DNA of 64,000 nt from Felis catus. Its lineage: Eukaryota. Positions 37,196 through 51,569 of the stretch are shown here, one piece after another (within the stretch, counting starts at the first letter, position 1; each line of letters begins with the position of its first letter). The stretch covers positions 53,694,001-53,758,000 of the forward strand of contig NC_058382.1 in NCBI RefSeq assembly GCF_018350175.1, in the 5' to 3' direction. The notes under the pieces are model-generated. The model worked only from the letters and a program-made list of their open reading frames with translations, had not been told where the DNA came from and did not search any database. Both the position numbers and the translations under genes were made by a program.

Positions 37196-37818
37196 CCATG
37201 CCTCTATCACTTACTTCTCCCATGATATAGCGCAACTATTTAATCTCCCCTCCCTACCTTTCTCCTCTTTCCAATGGGCATGATGATGACAATAGCCCTA
37301 ACCTGATTGAATTGCTGTGAGGATTAAATCAGTTCATTCATGCAAAGCAATCGGAAGAGAGCCCACCTGGGAAAAGCATTCAATAAATATCAGCCATGGT
37401 TATTCGTCCTAGTAACAAAATGTTTCTGTTTTAAATATTTTTATTTGGTAACTTATTCAAGGAATCCAATTTGAAGAAAATACTAAATAAACAATATTTC
37501 AGACGGCATAAAGATATGTCAGGTTTATGGAGATGTCTTGTAAGCAAGTTAAAGTTGTGAAACTAATGTATTTAAAGAGGGGGATTTGGGTGTGTTTTAA
37601 TCCGAGCTCTATCACTCATTAGATATGCAACTTTGCACCAGCTACTGAGCTTCGGTGACTTCCGGTTTTCTCACTAGGAGGAAAATGGTGCACTCTCGGA
37701 GAGGTGTCGTAAGGCAAAATCGAGACAATGTTCTCAGGAGTTGCTCAACACAACGTAGGTACTCAATAAATGTTACTTCTTGCCCTCCCTGTCCTTATCG
37801 TTAGTAACTCTTACTGGT

Positions 37819-38300
37819 TGCATCAGCCATCTGCTGTGTAACAAATAACGCCAAAACTTAGTGGTATAAAACTACATCCCTCATTAGCTCACGATTCCAT
37901 GGGTTGGCAATTTGGGATGAGCTCAGCAGGGTGGTTCTTCTGCCGATCTTAATTAGGGCCACTCACATGGCAGCTGGATGAACCAAGATGGCCTCATTCG
38001 CATGTCTGTCTGTAGGGCCTCCTGCTGCTATCGCTCTCAACCTCCACAAGGCTAGCCTTGACCTCTGTCTGGAGGCAGGTGTGTCCCAGAAAAGTGAGAA
38101 GAAGCTACAAGGCCTCTTGAGGCCTAGACTCAGAAGTCACACCACACTCCTTCTACCACATTTCAGCACTCAAGACAGGCCACAAGGTCATCTCACATCA
38201 AAGCATGGGGAAACAAACTCCACTTCCGACAGAAGGAGGAGAGCAGTCACCCTGCAGGGAGTGCCATTCCCTGGGACCCTTTCTGTAACAAGCTGCCACG
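37819..38300 (-). mobile_element. MLT1H/G-like MaLR LTR
   Basis: tgctgtgtaacaaataacgccaaaacttagtgg...caaggcctcttgaggcctagactcagaag. Confidence 0.8.
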
Positions 38301-39074
38301 CGGTCTGCCAAGAGCTGTAGTGCACATCCTCTCTCCTATTTTCCCATAAGAACACACCGGATGCCATTCACGTGACTAACATGCACCTCTGCGGGTGTCC
38401 AGCTGTTCACAAAGCCCCCTCAAATCACATGGGAAGTACAGTATATCACAAAGACTCAGAATCACCACAATTAATAATGGCACATCTGTCCAAGGTCACC
38501 CACTGCAGTTTACATTATTGCCAAGAGAGCCTATGGAAACCATAGTATTTCCCACTCTGTTCTAAATGTTGCTTCTCTTACATTCAAGAAAAAATGGTCA
38601 ACGTGAGACATACACTGTGAGATTATTACAAAGATTAACCTTAAGTCTCTTCTCCTTGATAAAACATGCCATTTATATCAAATGTTAACACTACAATATT
38701 AATAACAAATTGTATTAGTAGATCTCGAAATTGATTTGGGCATGATTCATTAGTCCATGTAACTTATTCAATTTAGGAATTCATTCTCACCCAGTTTTCA
38801 GTAGCCACAGTCTAAAAGTAACGTTAGTCTTTTTCTCGTTACATTTTCTTCCCTCTGGATCGTGACTTTATGGTGATTTTTCTCCAGCTCATACCACCAA
38901 CCTTTTCAAAGACATACTTTAAGTCTGTATGTTATCATTAGCTGCACCACTTCCTATAGGTAGGTTTAAAACATCAGACTTTCTGGCCACAAACAAGATC
39001 ACTTCTAATCTACACACTTCAACAGTGTTCACACCCATCAGAGACTCTAGGCTTGGCTTCCCACGCTGTCACCT

Positions 39075-41085
39075 ACCTTTCTCCAGTTTGGATTCCATGG
39101 TCCACCCCTACAACAACCCCCTGACCTTGGCTCCTGATCCCCCCTGTCTATGCTGTGGTAAATCTCATCCCCGCTTAAACCCACCTCTCTTCCTGCTCCA
39201 TGCCTGGACCTGAGCAGAATGTGGCAAGAGAAAAACTCACGACCATGCTTACTGGCCTCATGTGAGATTTCTGGCCACATATCTTAAGTGGGCCTTCAGT
39301 GCTCCTCCGACTTATCCAGGTAACTACTCACACCTTCTCACTCTTCAGGCAGCAGCCAACATTCACTGTCAATAGATGAGCCTGATTCTTATTTTACTGA
39401 GAAAATAGGAGCATTCAGAAGAGTGTGTTTTCTTTTCCACCTGCATCTCTGCATGTAGACTTGGCCTTCTCTATTCCTGTTTAGGATGATCAAACGTCTC
39501 TACTGCTTTCTGAACCCACCCTCTTCCATCTCATCTTTGGGAACTTTCTCTTAAAGGTGCTCCTCCAACTCCCAAATCAGCAACCAATCAATTACTCCCA
39601 TCGGCATTTGGACATGCCCAAACATGGAGCATCTACAAATAAAGACCTTGCAACTCTTTCTGGTATCTCGTTATATTTCTTATCTACCCTTTCAGAATAC
39701 TTCAAAGCTGCCTCCCCTATGATTCCACTAAGAAGTCTCTTGTTAAATTCCTTGGTGGTCTTCATCTCCTTCAGTCCAAATCCCATGTCTTTGACGGCAA
39801 TGTCTTTGAGTCTCAGTGTCATTCACCATAGTTGACCCGGGTCACTCCTCTTGAAACCCTCCATTGCCTTAGCTTTCCCCAGTCACCACACCTCCCTGGC
39901 TTTCCTCCCCCATCACTGGCTAATACAACTTTTGTCTTTTCCCAGTCTTCAGTGTTGGTTCACCCAAGGATTATGGACTTCACCCTCTTCTCTTCCATAA
40001 CTACAACTCATTCTCAAGGTGGGCTCACTTGGACTCTTGGCTTTAAATATGATCTCTTTGCTGATGACTTCCAAATTTATACCTTGATATATCTAGCTCT
40101 GATGTCTCCCTGGAATGCCAGACTCATAGATTCATCTGCACACTTGCTATGTCCACTTGGATGCCTAATAAGCATGTCAAACATTAGAAATACAGAATAG
40201 AAGTTTGTGATTTCACTCCTTGAGTTCCTTCCTTCCCCTTTCAGGAAAAGGCACCACCTTGTACTCAGTTAATCAATCCAGAAACTAAGAGGCTGTCCTT
40301 GTTTTCTTTCTTTCCATCATCTTTCCATCCGATCCATCAGCAAGTCCTCTTGGCTCTATCGTTAGGATATATCAGAATTTGACTCTCCTGACCACCTGGA
40401 TAGTCACCGTGGTTTCTAAGTTGGACTTGTGAAACATTCTACCTGCTCTCCCTGTTTCCAGTCTTGCATCCTTACTTAGTTCTCCCCACATAGCAGCCAG
40501 AGTGAGCTTGTTCCAGACACACATAAATTGGATCATGTCACTGCTCTTTTGATAAAACTCCAGTGATTTTATATCACATATGGACTATAATCCAGATTCT
40601 GCACCTTGGCAGTCATGCTCTTACCGCTACCTACCTCTCTGCACTCACCTCCCATACTCTGCCTCACTCACTCAGCTCCACCGTGTTGGTTGGCCTGAGT
40701 TCTTACAGACACACCAGATTCATTCCCACATCAGAATCCCTGTTTTCATGGTTCCCTCTGCCTGCAACTCTCTCCCCACAAACCTTTCAATGACTCACCC
40801 ACTCACTTTGTTCATTTCTCAACCCAAATATTACCTCTTCAGAGAAGCATCTCTGACTACTTTCCCTCAAACAACCTGTCATTCATCATCCTCACTCTTT
40901 GTTTTTTCTTTAGAAGAGTCTTATTACCCAAAATTCCATTATACATGTATTTTATTCCTCACTCACTGTCCGTGTCTCCACTAAAATGTAATTTCCAACA
41001 GATCAAGGGCCTTCTCCATCTCATTCACTGTTCGGTGCACAGCACATTGTAGACACTAAATAAACATTAGTTGGATAAATGATTG
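39075..41085 (+). mobile_element. Long L2 LINE remnant with recognisable RT core
   Basis: 40036-40080 translates LGFKYDLFADDFQIY (L2/CR1-type YADD motif); L2 3' end cacagcacattgtagacactaaataaacattagttggataaatga. Confidence 0.85.
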
Positions 41086-41363
41086 ATATTATTGGCAGAA
41101 ATAATAATTGTGAAATGTTCTCAGAACTTTCACTTCCTGCATTCATATTAGACATGATCATAGCTTAAATAAGAAAGGAAGCAAGGAAGACATAAGCTTG
41201 TGTTGGCATATGAATTTCATTTAAATTCTTTACCCACTACCTATATCTCCTCCATATCCAGATGGAGTTTAAGAAAATGGAGAGGTGGAACTATTTAATG
41301 TCTAAATAGTTACATACTAAATAGCTTTCTCTTCTTCTTTTCTCCTAATATTGCCTATAAACT

Positions 41364-41587
41364 GGGGCACCTGGTTGGCTCAGTTGGTTAAGCATCCGAC
41401 TTCGGCTCAGGTCATGATCTCGCTGTTCGTGAGTTCGAGCCCCACATCAGGCTCTGTGTGGACAGCTCAGAGCCTGGAGCCTGCTTCAGATTCTGTGTTT
41501 CTCTCTCTCTTTGCCCCTCCCCTGCTCGCACTCTGTCCCTCTCTGTCTCTCAGTAATAAATAAACATTAAAATTTTTTTAAAAAAAT
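41364..41587 (+). mobile_element. Can-SINE (SINEC_Fc-type)
   Basis: Standard head, body and tail; TSD atattgcctataaact / atattgcttataaact. Confidence 0.95.
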
Positions 41588-42279
41588 ATATTGCTTATAA
41601 ACTCTCTTTATTCGCATCGGACACATCAGAATTTGTAAGAACCCATCAACATCACCCATTACATGAAGACATGTAAACTATAAGCATATTTAATTGATTT
41701 GTCATCAGCTTATAGTATGCAAATCATCCCAGCAACTGACACCTATCCAAAGCAAGATTTCAAAATGTTTATTTGGCTTTCATAACTCAGAAGGGGATTC
41801 TGGAGTGGTATTTTGACAGGTTCTCCCATAGAATTACCAGTGGCTTTCATACAGAAGGATTCTTTAGATGTAATATCTAAGTTTACTATCAATTATTGAA
41901 GTAGGACTGCTCTCTGGGCCCAGGCCTACTTGGGATAGAAGACCAAGGGAAAAGAGATGCTTTGGCAGTACTGAGAGATGCTGGAAACAGAAGTCCCCTG
42001 GCTCGCTGGATTCTAGCCTCTTGCCACAGTAGCAACACTCAAGGATAGAAGTGCACTAAGATGTGCCCTAATGACTTCTTTGGTTGTTAGAGTTTGCTTG
42101 GATCAGCCTCTTGTCCTATCAAACCGGCCCTGCATGAGGTTACGTGCTCGGCAGAGCCACGTCTAGTGGTCCAGGGGTCCAGGGGTGAGCACGCACTCCT
42201 CTATGCTGCCTGGAGCAGCTGTGAAAGTCCTTGGTGCTGTCACCAAACACTTCTGTGCTGTCTTCCTGGCACGTGATAA

Positions 42280-42670
42280 TGTTGTATTTCGCCACCCTCT
42301 TCTGAGACAGCTATGGCCATGTGACTCGGCTTGCCCAAGGGAATAGAAACAGAGGTGATGTGTGCTACTTCTTGGCGGAAGCTTTAAAAACCGGGGCACA
42401 ATTTGACCTGTTTTCTCCCTAAGTAGAGGTGATTATAAAAGCACGTGCCGAGAGGGCGCCTTCTTCAGCCAGGGGCCTTGCGTTCATCTGATGAGCAGAC
42501 CCTCATGACATCACTTTGCTAGAGATGGGGCTTGAGGGAGAAGGAGAGACAGACCGACATGCAGGCAGGGCAGATGGACAGATGGACTCAGAGAGGAACT
42601 GATGATGTTAAGCCACTGGGATCCGTGGAGTGTTTGTCTTCCCCAGCATGACCTGGCCCATCCTGACTGC
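42280..42670 (+). mobile_element. MLT1J-like MaLR LTR
   Basis: ggccatgtgact...gaggtgatgtgtgctacttc...ttaagccactggga...cagcatgacctggcccatcctgact. Confidence 0.7.
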
Positions 42671-43390
42671 CATTCCCTTCTGAAGTCTCAGGATGTGGGC
42701 AAGGGTTGGTAGTCCTGCAGGCTTGGATGTTAATAATTCAGTCATGGGAGACTTCTTGACACAACAGGGTCTGTGGTACAGGGGAGCAAACAGGTGCTGA
42801 GACAGTCATTCTGAAAAACCCCTGGAGAGACTGAGTCATCTCCAAAACACTTCCAGAATCTTGTCTGGCCTCCACCTTCATCGGAAGCCAAGTCCCCAGC
42901 GGAATGTCTGCACCTTGTCCTCCAGCCCCTTGTGGTTCCAGCCGAGCAGGGGACCAAGACAGAGGCAGTTAGGTTGGCTTCAGAGCACAGAGGTTGATTC
43001 ACAGAGTAAAAAGGCCCGGCTGGACCCACCCAGGCCACAGGGCCTTCAGTGGCCCCACAGGCTCCCAGGCAGAGAGAAAAGAACTCCTGCAGGTCAGTCA
43101 CAGCAAGATTTTGACAAAACCACACAAATCTGCATCCTAGTTCCTCTAGTTGTGTGGCTTGGGGCAGTTTACTGAGTCTTAATTTCTTCGGCTATGGAAT
43201 GAGGAACTTAATAATATATACCTCGGCTGGCGGGGGGGGGGGGGAGACTTCGTGAGATAATAAAATATCAAGAGCTCCATACTGTCCCTATAACATAGTA
43301 ATTAAATCATATGAAAATGCCATTTTTACACAGAAAAAAATGGTCAACTTCTGGCAGTTTCATATGGTTTGACTTAGACGTGTCAGGTAA

Positions 43391-43583
43391 GGGGCACCTG
43401 GGTGGCTCAGCTGGTTAAGCGTCCGACTCTTGGTTTCAGCTCAGGTCACGATCTCACAGCTCATGAGACGGAGCCCCATGTCAGACTCTGCACTGCCAGC
43501 GTGGAGCCTTCTTGGGATTCTGTCTCCGCCCCTCTCCTCCCACCATGCTCTCAAAAATAAATAAATAAATAAACTGAAAAAAA
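43391..43583 (+). mobile_element. Can-SINE
   Basis: Head ggggcacctgggtggctcagctggttaagcg; TSD tgtcaggtaag / tgtcagttaag. Confidence 0.95.
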
Positions 43584-46304
43584 CTGTCAGTTAAGAGGAG
43601 CTGGTTTCACTTCTGAAAAAATTCCAATAATTCAGTAAGGGCTACTCGCGTCTGTCATATGTTCTTCCTCAGGATTCGCAAACCAGAGAATGTTCAGATG
43701 TTTCCCAGACTCTGTGAATGGACTCCATGTACTAGGCGACTATTAGGCAAGCTCTGTCACAGAGTATGTAAGCCATGTGGCCACAGGCGGCTGGCCTTGG
43801 CCAATGGTCTTCTCCCAAGACCAAATCATCAGTACCTGCCCCTGGCTTTGCTTCCATTAGCTCTGCCCCAAGGCACTAGAACAGGTTGACTATATAGAAG
43901 CAAAGAGCTGTCTCTGAAAAATTTAGCCCAAGAATCCTAAGATTTATTGTCTTCCCTGCCTGGGATATAGAAGCAGCACGTGGGAGATTCTTTTTAAAAA
44001 AGAGAGGGGATTCGAAGGCGTCGGCCTGCCTACTGGACAAACCAGCAGCATAGCCCTCTGCTTACTTCTCCCCACTCCCAGCCTCAGGTTACCAGGAAGT
44101 ATTAATGAACTTAGGGTGGCTGGGAAGGCAATGGGCTATTTCCGGCCTCCACGTGTTTGCTCCTGCGATTCCCTCCCTCTACCTGGAAGGCCTTTCTTCT
44201 CCTCTGTTCCCCTCTTTCCCACACCTCAAACCATGCTTTATCATACACTAAGACTACATGCTTTATGAGAGAAGGGATCCTGTCTGTCTTGCCCATTGCT
44301 TATATTCCTAAAATGGCACCTACATTCAACAGATACTGGTTGAATTAATGATTGAATAAATGAATGAGTGCAAAGGCCTACTCTAGCATCAAGAGCTTCA
44401 GAAAACTTGGCCCGGACACATGTCTCGCTGGTGAGGATCCCCTCCCATGTCCTCCCGAGGCACCTCTGTAGGTGTCTTCATCTCTGCTCTCACAACACTA
44501 AATGTGTGGCGACACCCTATCGTACAAGGCCAGAGACCACCTTTTTCACGTTAGAGATTCCCCGAGTGAAGACTTGGGATGTGGCTAATAAGGTGCTCTG
44601 TAAATGTATCTCGGGCCCAGTTCCCTTCCTCTCTCTTCCTTGGCTCTTTGAGAATAGCCTTGGCACCTGCAGCCCTAGGCTGGGAGAGTGGGGCTCTCAA
44701 ACCCTAACGGAAAGATGAGTTCAGCTCAGGGAACCACCTGGAGGGGTGGGGAGGAGAGACTTGGCGCTTTTCACAGTCTATGCAGAGGACTATGAATTCT
44801 TCACTTCTAAGCAAAATGGCAAAAGGGAAATATAGGTCTTCAAACAAGTGATTTATTCTGTATCAGAAACGCATTTACCTGGCCTATTTTGCTGAACAGA
44901 AAAACCTCAGGTTCACTTAGTAAAACTCAATCTGAATATTTCTATCCTTTATTTCCATACAGATTAGCTTCATATGGCCTCGAGTATAAACACCACAGAT
45001 TGGCTTGCGGGTTCTATGGGGGGAAAGAGGCAGTGCGGAAGGGAGATCATCGCTATTTTAAGTTTCTTCATGGTTCAGCAGGCGGCTGCCTAAGAGTTCT
45101 AAAGGAGCAAACAAAATAAGAAAAGTTTATTGATTAGTTTACAAATAACTGTTGTAGAAGAAAAGGTACTGAATGGCAGGCTGGCTTACTGATGGCTTAC
45201 TCCTCGCAGCCCTTTTCATTCTGTGGCCTTGGGAGCAGCCTCAAGGGGGAAATAAAAGAAGCAAACCAAATGCGTTGTCTGGATAAATAAGAGTTTGCAC
45301 CGGGTTAAAAAAATAAATAAACAGGACCCTTTATTTGTTGCTGATTCGGAAGGAGACCGGCATACGTCTCCTCTTCTTCATCCCTTCATGAAAAAATCTT
45401 TTTAAATGTTTTTCCCCTCCTCTGGCCGCCACAACAAAGCTTGAGATGCCAGACTCCAGGGCACAGGTGACAAGCTTTGATATGGTCCCCTCCAGTCACC
45501 AGCCAGTCACTGAGTACTTTTAGGAAAAAAAGCAAGAGCATCAAACCCATGCTTGTTCCTGGGCTTACAGCTAAAAGATCTTGACCTGGAGAGTGAAGTC
45601 GTTTCGGGGTGGGGAGATGGGCAAGGGTCCTGGAAAAAGTAAGTACAGGAACACCACCAGGATTTCAACCCGCTCTGAACTGCTCCGTCTTTGTGAGGCC
45701 TTGGCAAGGTGTTGGCTGGTGGGGAGGATTGACAGAAATAAGGCGCACGAAAGCCCAGGGACAGGTAAGCTCTCGGGCAGTGCACAGTCGGCACCGGGAT
45801 GAGATTTCGGTCACCAGAAACTTCTCATGAGATATGGGAGTAGAGTGCAAGAGAGGGGGCTACGGTGCAAGTCAGGCAGAGGGGGAGGGAGCGTCTAGGC
45901 CCCACCAAGGAGTTTGGTCTGATGTCCACAGACTGGCATATCCCAAACGTGAAACAGGCAGAATGAGTCCAATTCGACCTGGAATGGTGACCAAGCGCTA
46001 ATGAACCCTGGACCACAGAGACAGTGTTCCTGCCCTTCCAAACCCCACTTCATAACTTCTGCTTATGCTACGAAGAAAGTCCCTTCGATATTGGCGGGTC
46101 GTCAACGTTTCTTGAGCATTTGCTAATTTCTCTTTTTAACACAACCAGGTGCAGGACCTACACGGCCAATCATCACTGGCTATAGTACAACTTTACCTTT
46201 TGTTGACATGGCACTTATTTTCCAGATTACCTTCTTTTACTGGACAGTGATATCTTTTTGTCAACCATGTTAGCTATAGACATATTAATTTTAAAAGAAG
46301 TCTT

Positions 46305-46547
46305 TGTTTTTATTTTATTTTTTTATTAAAAAAAATTTTTTTTTCAACGTTTATTTATTTTTGGGACAGAGAGAGACAGAGCATGAACGGGGGAGGGGCA
46401 GAGAGAGAGGGAGACACAGAATCAGAAACAGGCTCCAGGCTCCGAGCCATCAGCCCAGAGCCCGACGCGGGGCTCGAACTCACGGACCGCGAGATCGTGA
46501 CCTGGCCGAAGTCGGACGCTTAACCGACTGTGCCACCCAGGCGCCCC
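46305..46547 (-). mobile_element. Young felid Can-SINE
   Basis: Near-identical to the copies at 15265 and 24461; CpG-rich; TSD not clearly resolved. Confidence 0.95.
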
Positions 46548-46577
46548 TTTGTAAGTTTTTAAAAAGTGAACTGTCTT

Positions 46578-49035
46578 AGGCACTCTCATGAATTGGGGGT
46601 GGAAATATGAATTGGTACAGCTCTTGTAGAGAGCAATTTGACAATATTCAACAAGATAACGTGTGCCTTTAGCTTTTGACCCAGCAAGTTCAGTCCTAGG
46701 AATCTACCCTGAAGCTAGAACTCCAACAATAAGAGAACATACGCACACAAGTTTATTCACTGCAGCGGTCTGCGACTGCAAACATTGGAAATAACTTTAA
46801 ATGTCCATACACACAAGATGGTTCAATCAAGTGTGGCACATCCATACAGAACTGAGTACAATGTCTCGGTGAAAAATAACGAGGACGATTTCCACTAACT
46901 GAGAGGGGGTGATTTCCAGGAATTATTTTTAAGTGAAAAAAACTCAAAGTGGAAAGAATATCTATAATATGCCACCTTCTGTGTAAGAAGGAAAAGAAAA
47001 TGAGAAAGTATACATGTATTCTCCTAAATACCGGAAGGATAAATCATAACCCGATGACCTTGGTTATGTGTAGGGGTACGTGAACAGGGTCAGGAAGAGT
47101 AGAAAGGTTGGAGGGGAGGGGTCAGGAATGGGGGAGGCGCATATCTCTGAGGGCATCTTTTTGTAGAATAGGGACATTTGTAAGCATGTTAGCGTTTCAC
47201 ATAAAAAAAATCAACAGGGATAATGAAAAAAACCCTAAAATGGAATACAAACAGTAACAGATGAACTAACTCTATATTGAATGAATAACATGCCCATACC
47301 GAAAGAGGAACAAAGAATAAGCCCAAATAACTTAAATACAGTATCTGGATGATATCCCTCAGACTAAAGACAAAAGTAGCTATACGCAAATATTGACATG
47401 TAGTTAGTCAGTTTGTTCTTCACAGTAATATGGATTAGCAATTCTGAAACCACTCTTTGTGCATTCTAAGGTTGATGAAATAAGTAAATATACTGTGGAT
47501 AATGGGATCACAGTTTCTCATGGTTAAAGAAGAGAGAAAGAAATGTAGAAAGGGGCCAGGCCAGATCAACATGAACCCTGTGTGTTAGACTGGAGTTCGA
47601 GGTATGGATGTGGGATCATAATTTAAAATATAGATGGATAAGTAGATATAAATATAGGTAGAAAACGAGATATAGATGTGTAGGTTTATGGTCTGTTTCT
47701 GTGGGCATACATAAACACACGTATCATACTTCTGTTTTGTAGCTCTGTTCACTGAGAGGCAATGACGTCCCCATAACAAGGAGACTTGTTATCCAGATGA
47801 TCATTATCCTCCCAAAGAATCCAGAAACCCTTGGAAAAATGGCTGATTCCGGAGATGGAACTAGAAAAGCCTAAGGCGAGCTTGGAAGAGCTCATCGAGT
47901 CACAAAGTAAGGATGTGCCTGAAGAAATATAGAAACATATCAAAAGGACAGAGGGTACAGATTGAAGGGGCTCTCCCCAGCCAAAGTGGGGACGACTTGA
48001 GTATTAGAATAAATAGGGCTAGCCACAGATCGTAACTCAGGGAATGATACAGGAACCCGCAAATACATACTGATAGAAGTAAATACATAAATATATGAAT
48101 AATACATGGGAATGAATAATAGAGTGGATGGAAAGGGAGGACTTACAATTCCTTGTGATAGAAGGTGAGCTAACAAACGGAGAAAAAAATAAAGGAATTA
48201 GAAAATCACCCCTGGGCAATCAGCATAGTAATCATCGATTCAGGCAAGATGCAACAATCAGGCTTACAGAAGTGGATCAAGGTTTGGCAAGAAACAGGAT
48301 ATTTACGGAATCACAAAGTACCTCCCACAGGATATTTATTAATGAAAGAGTACAGGATGATTTTACAGTGGAGAAACCCAGTGGACCCCACCTTAAGTGG
48401 TGGTAATGGGACTGACATTGTCTGCCTCCTGATATCATGTTCTGCCCAAAATGCATTGACTGAATCAACCCAAATTGAGGGGCATTCTACAAAATCACTG
48501 GCCTGGACTCTTAAATATTTCAAGGTCATGAATGACACAGACCAAGGAATTGTTGCAGATTGAAGCTTAAAGAGACATGACAATAAAATGCAATATTTTA
48601 TCCTGGACCGATCGCAAAGCAGGAAATATGCGTGCGTGCACACACACACACATATTCGGATACATATAATCTTTTTGTGTAAAGGAAATCTTCAGTGAAA
48701 TTAGCAAAATGTGAATAAGGTAAAAGTATCACATCAATGATATTAAATTCCTAGTTTTGATGTTTGCATTGTGGTTATGTGAGAATGCCCTTAATTTTAA
48801 GAAACACATACCCACGTCTACAATGTATTCTCAGTAGCTCAGAAGGTATATGCCTACACATATGTACACATGCACGCACACACGCACATGTATAAATAGT
48901 TCAGAAATTCTATACAAGCAAATAATAAAGCAAATGCAGTAAAATTCTGACATTCAGAGAATCTATATGAAGCATATATAAGAAATCCTATAAGTTTTTG
49001 TAACTGTTTCAAAGCAACGAGTAAAAGAAAAAAGT
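46578..49035 (+). mobile_element. L1MC-type ORF2 end plus long 3' UTR
   Basis: ttttgacccagcaagttcagtcctaggaatctaccc; gaatcacaaagtacctcccacagg...tttacagtggagaaacc typical of L1MC 3' regions. Confidence 0.75.
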
Positions 49036-49754
49036 GAGCCTATTGCGTACATAAAGCAAACATCGTGAAGATAGCAATAACATGACCACAGTTTGGGAAA
49101 GACGATGGCTGATGATGGAGACCCAATAAAGGGCGGCAAGGGCACAATGATGTAAGAAATCCTCACCCCTACCCCTACTCCAACCATAATCCAAGAACAT
49201 GCAGCTTGAGGAGTTCTGAGTATCAGCAAAAAAGCAGGAGGAGGCCAGACTCCTGTTCTGAAGGGGTGGCCTCATCGCTCCCAGTTGGGAGGGAAGAGGA
49301 TGGACAGGTAGTGTTTTAAGGCCTCCACTAGGCAGTAGTTATGAAGGAATGTTCCAGCATGAAAACAAGGCTCTTCAGCCCAAAGCCAGACACTGGTTTT
49401 AGAGGATTACAGGTAAACTTTAATTTGAGTCGCTCAGTAACACAAAGCAGCCAGGATCAGGGCATTCTGAGCAAGAGTGGAGCACAGAACTCACACAGGA
49501 GAAAGGTGTTCCCTCCAGGAGAAGGTCATGTGTCCACGCATACAGCGATGTGTCCTATGTAGTTTAGCGGAAGAAAGCCATAATGTTTGAACTAAGGCAA
49601 TGTGATCTGGTGGGATGTCAGAAAGTCCTGAATTCTAATTCCGGTTCTACTGCTTACTGGGTTTCCCCTCCTTTCTGAACTTCTTCTTATTCATCTGTAA
49701 AATGATGATAAAAAAAAAAAAATCCTGCCCACAGGGTTGCTTGGAAGATTCAAG

Positions 49755-50200
49755 GTCATTTGTTCAATACATATTTATCAAGTGCTTCTTATGTGCCGGA
49801 CATCATTCTGGGGAGCATGACGTCACCAAGACCAAGTCCATACCTCTGTGAGGCGTATATAATAGGGATGTTCAAGCTCAGCGTGAGAAAGACCAGAAAG
49901 GCTGGGTGGCTGGAACCCAGTGAATGTGTGGGGGGAGCGGGAGAGCGCGGGCCGGCAGGGGCTGCAGGCTCTAGGAACGGGGTAGGGAGTGTGGACATTA
50001 TTTAGGAGCAGTGACAAGCTATTGGAAGGCAATAAGCAAGGAAAAATCTGCTGTGATTTGCCTCCTGGCCGCTGTGCGCAGAAAGAAATGCGGGGGGAGG
50101 GCAGAGAGGAACAGGGGTGCCAGTGGGAAACACGGTAGTGCTTCCAACAGGAAAGAAGAGCTGGGGCTGGATGGACGAGGACGGAAACACTCAGGAAGGG
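49755..50200 (-). mobile_element. L2 fragment
   Basis: tcatttgttcaatacatatttatcaagtgcttcttatgtgccgg L2 3' end in antisense. Confidence 0.6.
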
Positions 50201-50939
50201 CTTCCTTGAAGACTCAGAGTAAATAGTTTAGGCGAATCGAGGCCAAAAGACAGGCTTGAGAGTAATAGGCGCATATTGCTGTAAGCATTTAAATCCATTG
50301 TGTTAAAATAAATAAATAAAAGTCACCCTTAGCTCAAGGGTCATAAAGAAACCAGGCAGCTGGCTGGGGAGTGCACGGGCTGGGGTTGGTCAGGGCTTGG
50401 GAAGAACTTCACGCCTCTCGGGGAGCGCCGAGTGTGTTTCCGAAGTCCCTGCTGCCCGGCCCGATCAGAGGATGACCTGGAGTGATGGGTCAGGATCACT
50501 GGTCTAGCTCATTTTCTTCTCTTCATAAAATGGATCTGGAGACTGCATGAGAGACTCTCTCTTTGCCCTTTCAGGCACAGGACCACAGTCCTACTGACAT
50601 GCAGATAGATTTAGAGTTCCACAATTGCGTTTGCGTTGGAGATGCCTGCGAACTTGCCCCCTGGCCCTGACAGAGACATTCTGTGGCCCAGGAAAACCAC
50701 CGACAGTTATTAAAGCGGTGAGGGAAAGAAAGGATGAGAGGGAAGAACCCAGTTGCCACCTGGTCTATCTACCATGAAGCTAAAAGACCTGTTACCGCCA
50801 CAACTAAAAGCCGGTCCCTGGCTCGGCCAGCAGTGGGGAAGTCAACCAGAGCTCTCCGTACAGAAATATCTCATCCATCAGGATTAATATAGCATGTAAT
50901 CCACACCCATACAGCTTTCTTCTAAAGTCCACTGGACCA

Positions 50940-51158
50940 GGGGTACCTGGGGGGTAAGTCGGTTCAGCATGTGACTCTTGATCTCAACTCAGGTCACGAT
51001 CTTATGGTTCCTGAGACTGAGCCCCCGCATCAGGCTCCACGCTGACAGTGCGGAGTCTCCTTGGGATTCTCTTTCTCTTTCCCCCTCACCTCCCCACATG
51101 TGTGCGCGCGTGTGCGTACGTGTTCTCTCTCTCAAAATAAATCAACATTAAAAAACAG
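50940..51158 (+). mobile_element. Can-SINE
   Basis: Diverged head; TSD tctaaagtccactggac / tctgaagcccactggac. Confidence 0.9.
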
Positions 51159-51569
51159 ATCTGAAGCCCACTGGACTAAAGTCGCAAACTGGCTAATTTT
51201 TGTTTGTTGGGCACCATTTGCACATAAATATAAAGGAGAATATGATAAAGAAGAAGACCTGAATAACTCTAATGCTCCAGATACAGACTTGTCCTTTGGG
51301 TTTAATTTTACAGTTTACTGTGTATTATATTCTATTACATCACATTATATTCGTTACATATATACTACATACTGCTTTTACATGACATATTCATATATGG
51401 TCTACGCAAACATATATTCACTAATTTGTACATATGCACACCTTTCTATCAAAAAAAAAAACAATGTCAATTACAGAAAGTTTTGAAAATTTATGTTAAG
51501 GGGGAAAAATGTTCCCTAGAATCCTGATAACTACCAGCAATTTTTTCGTGTTTGAGTCTTTCAAATTTC

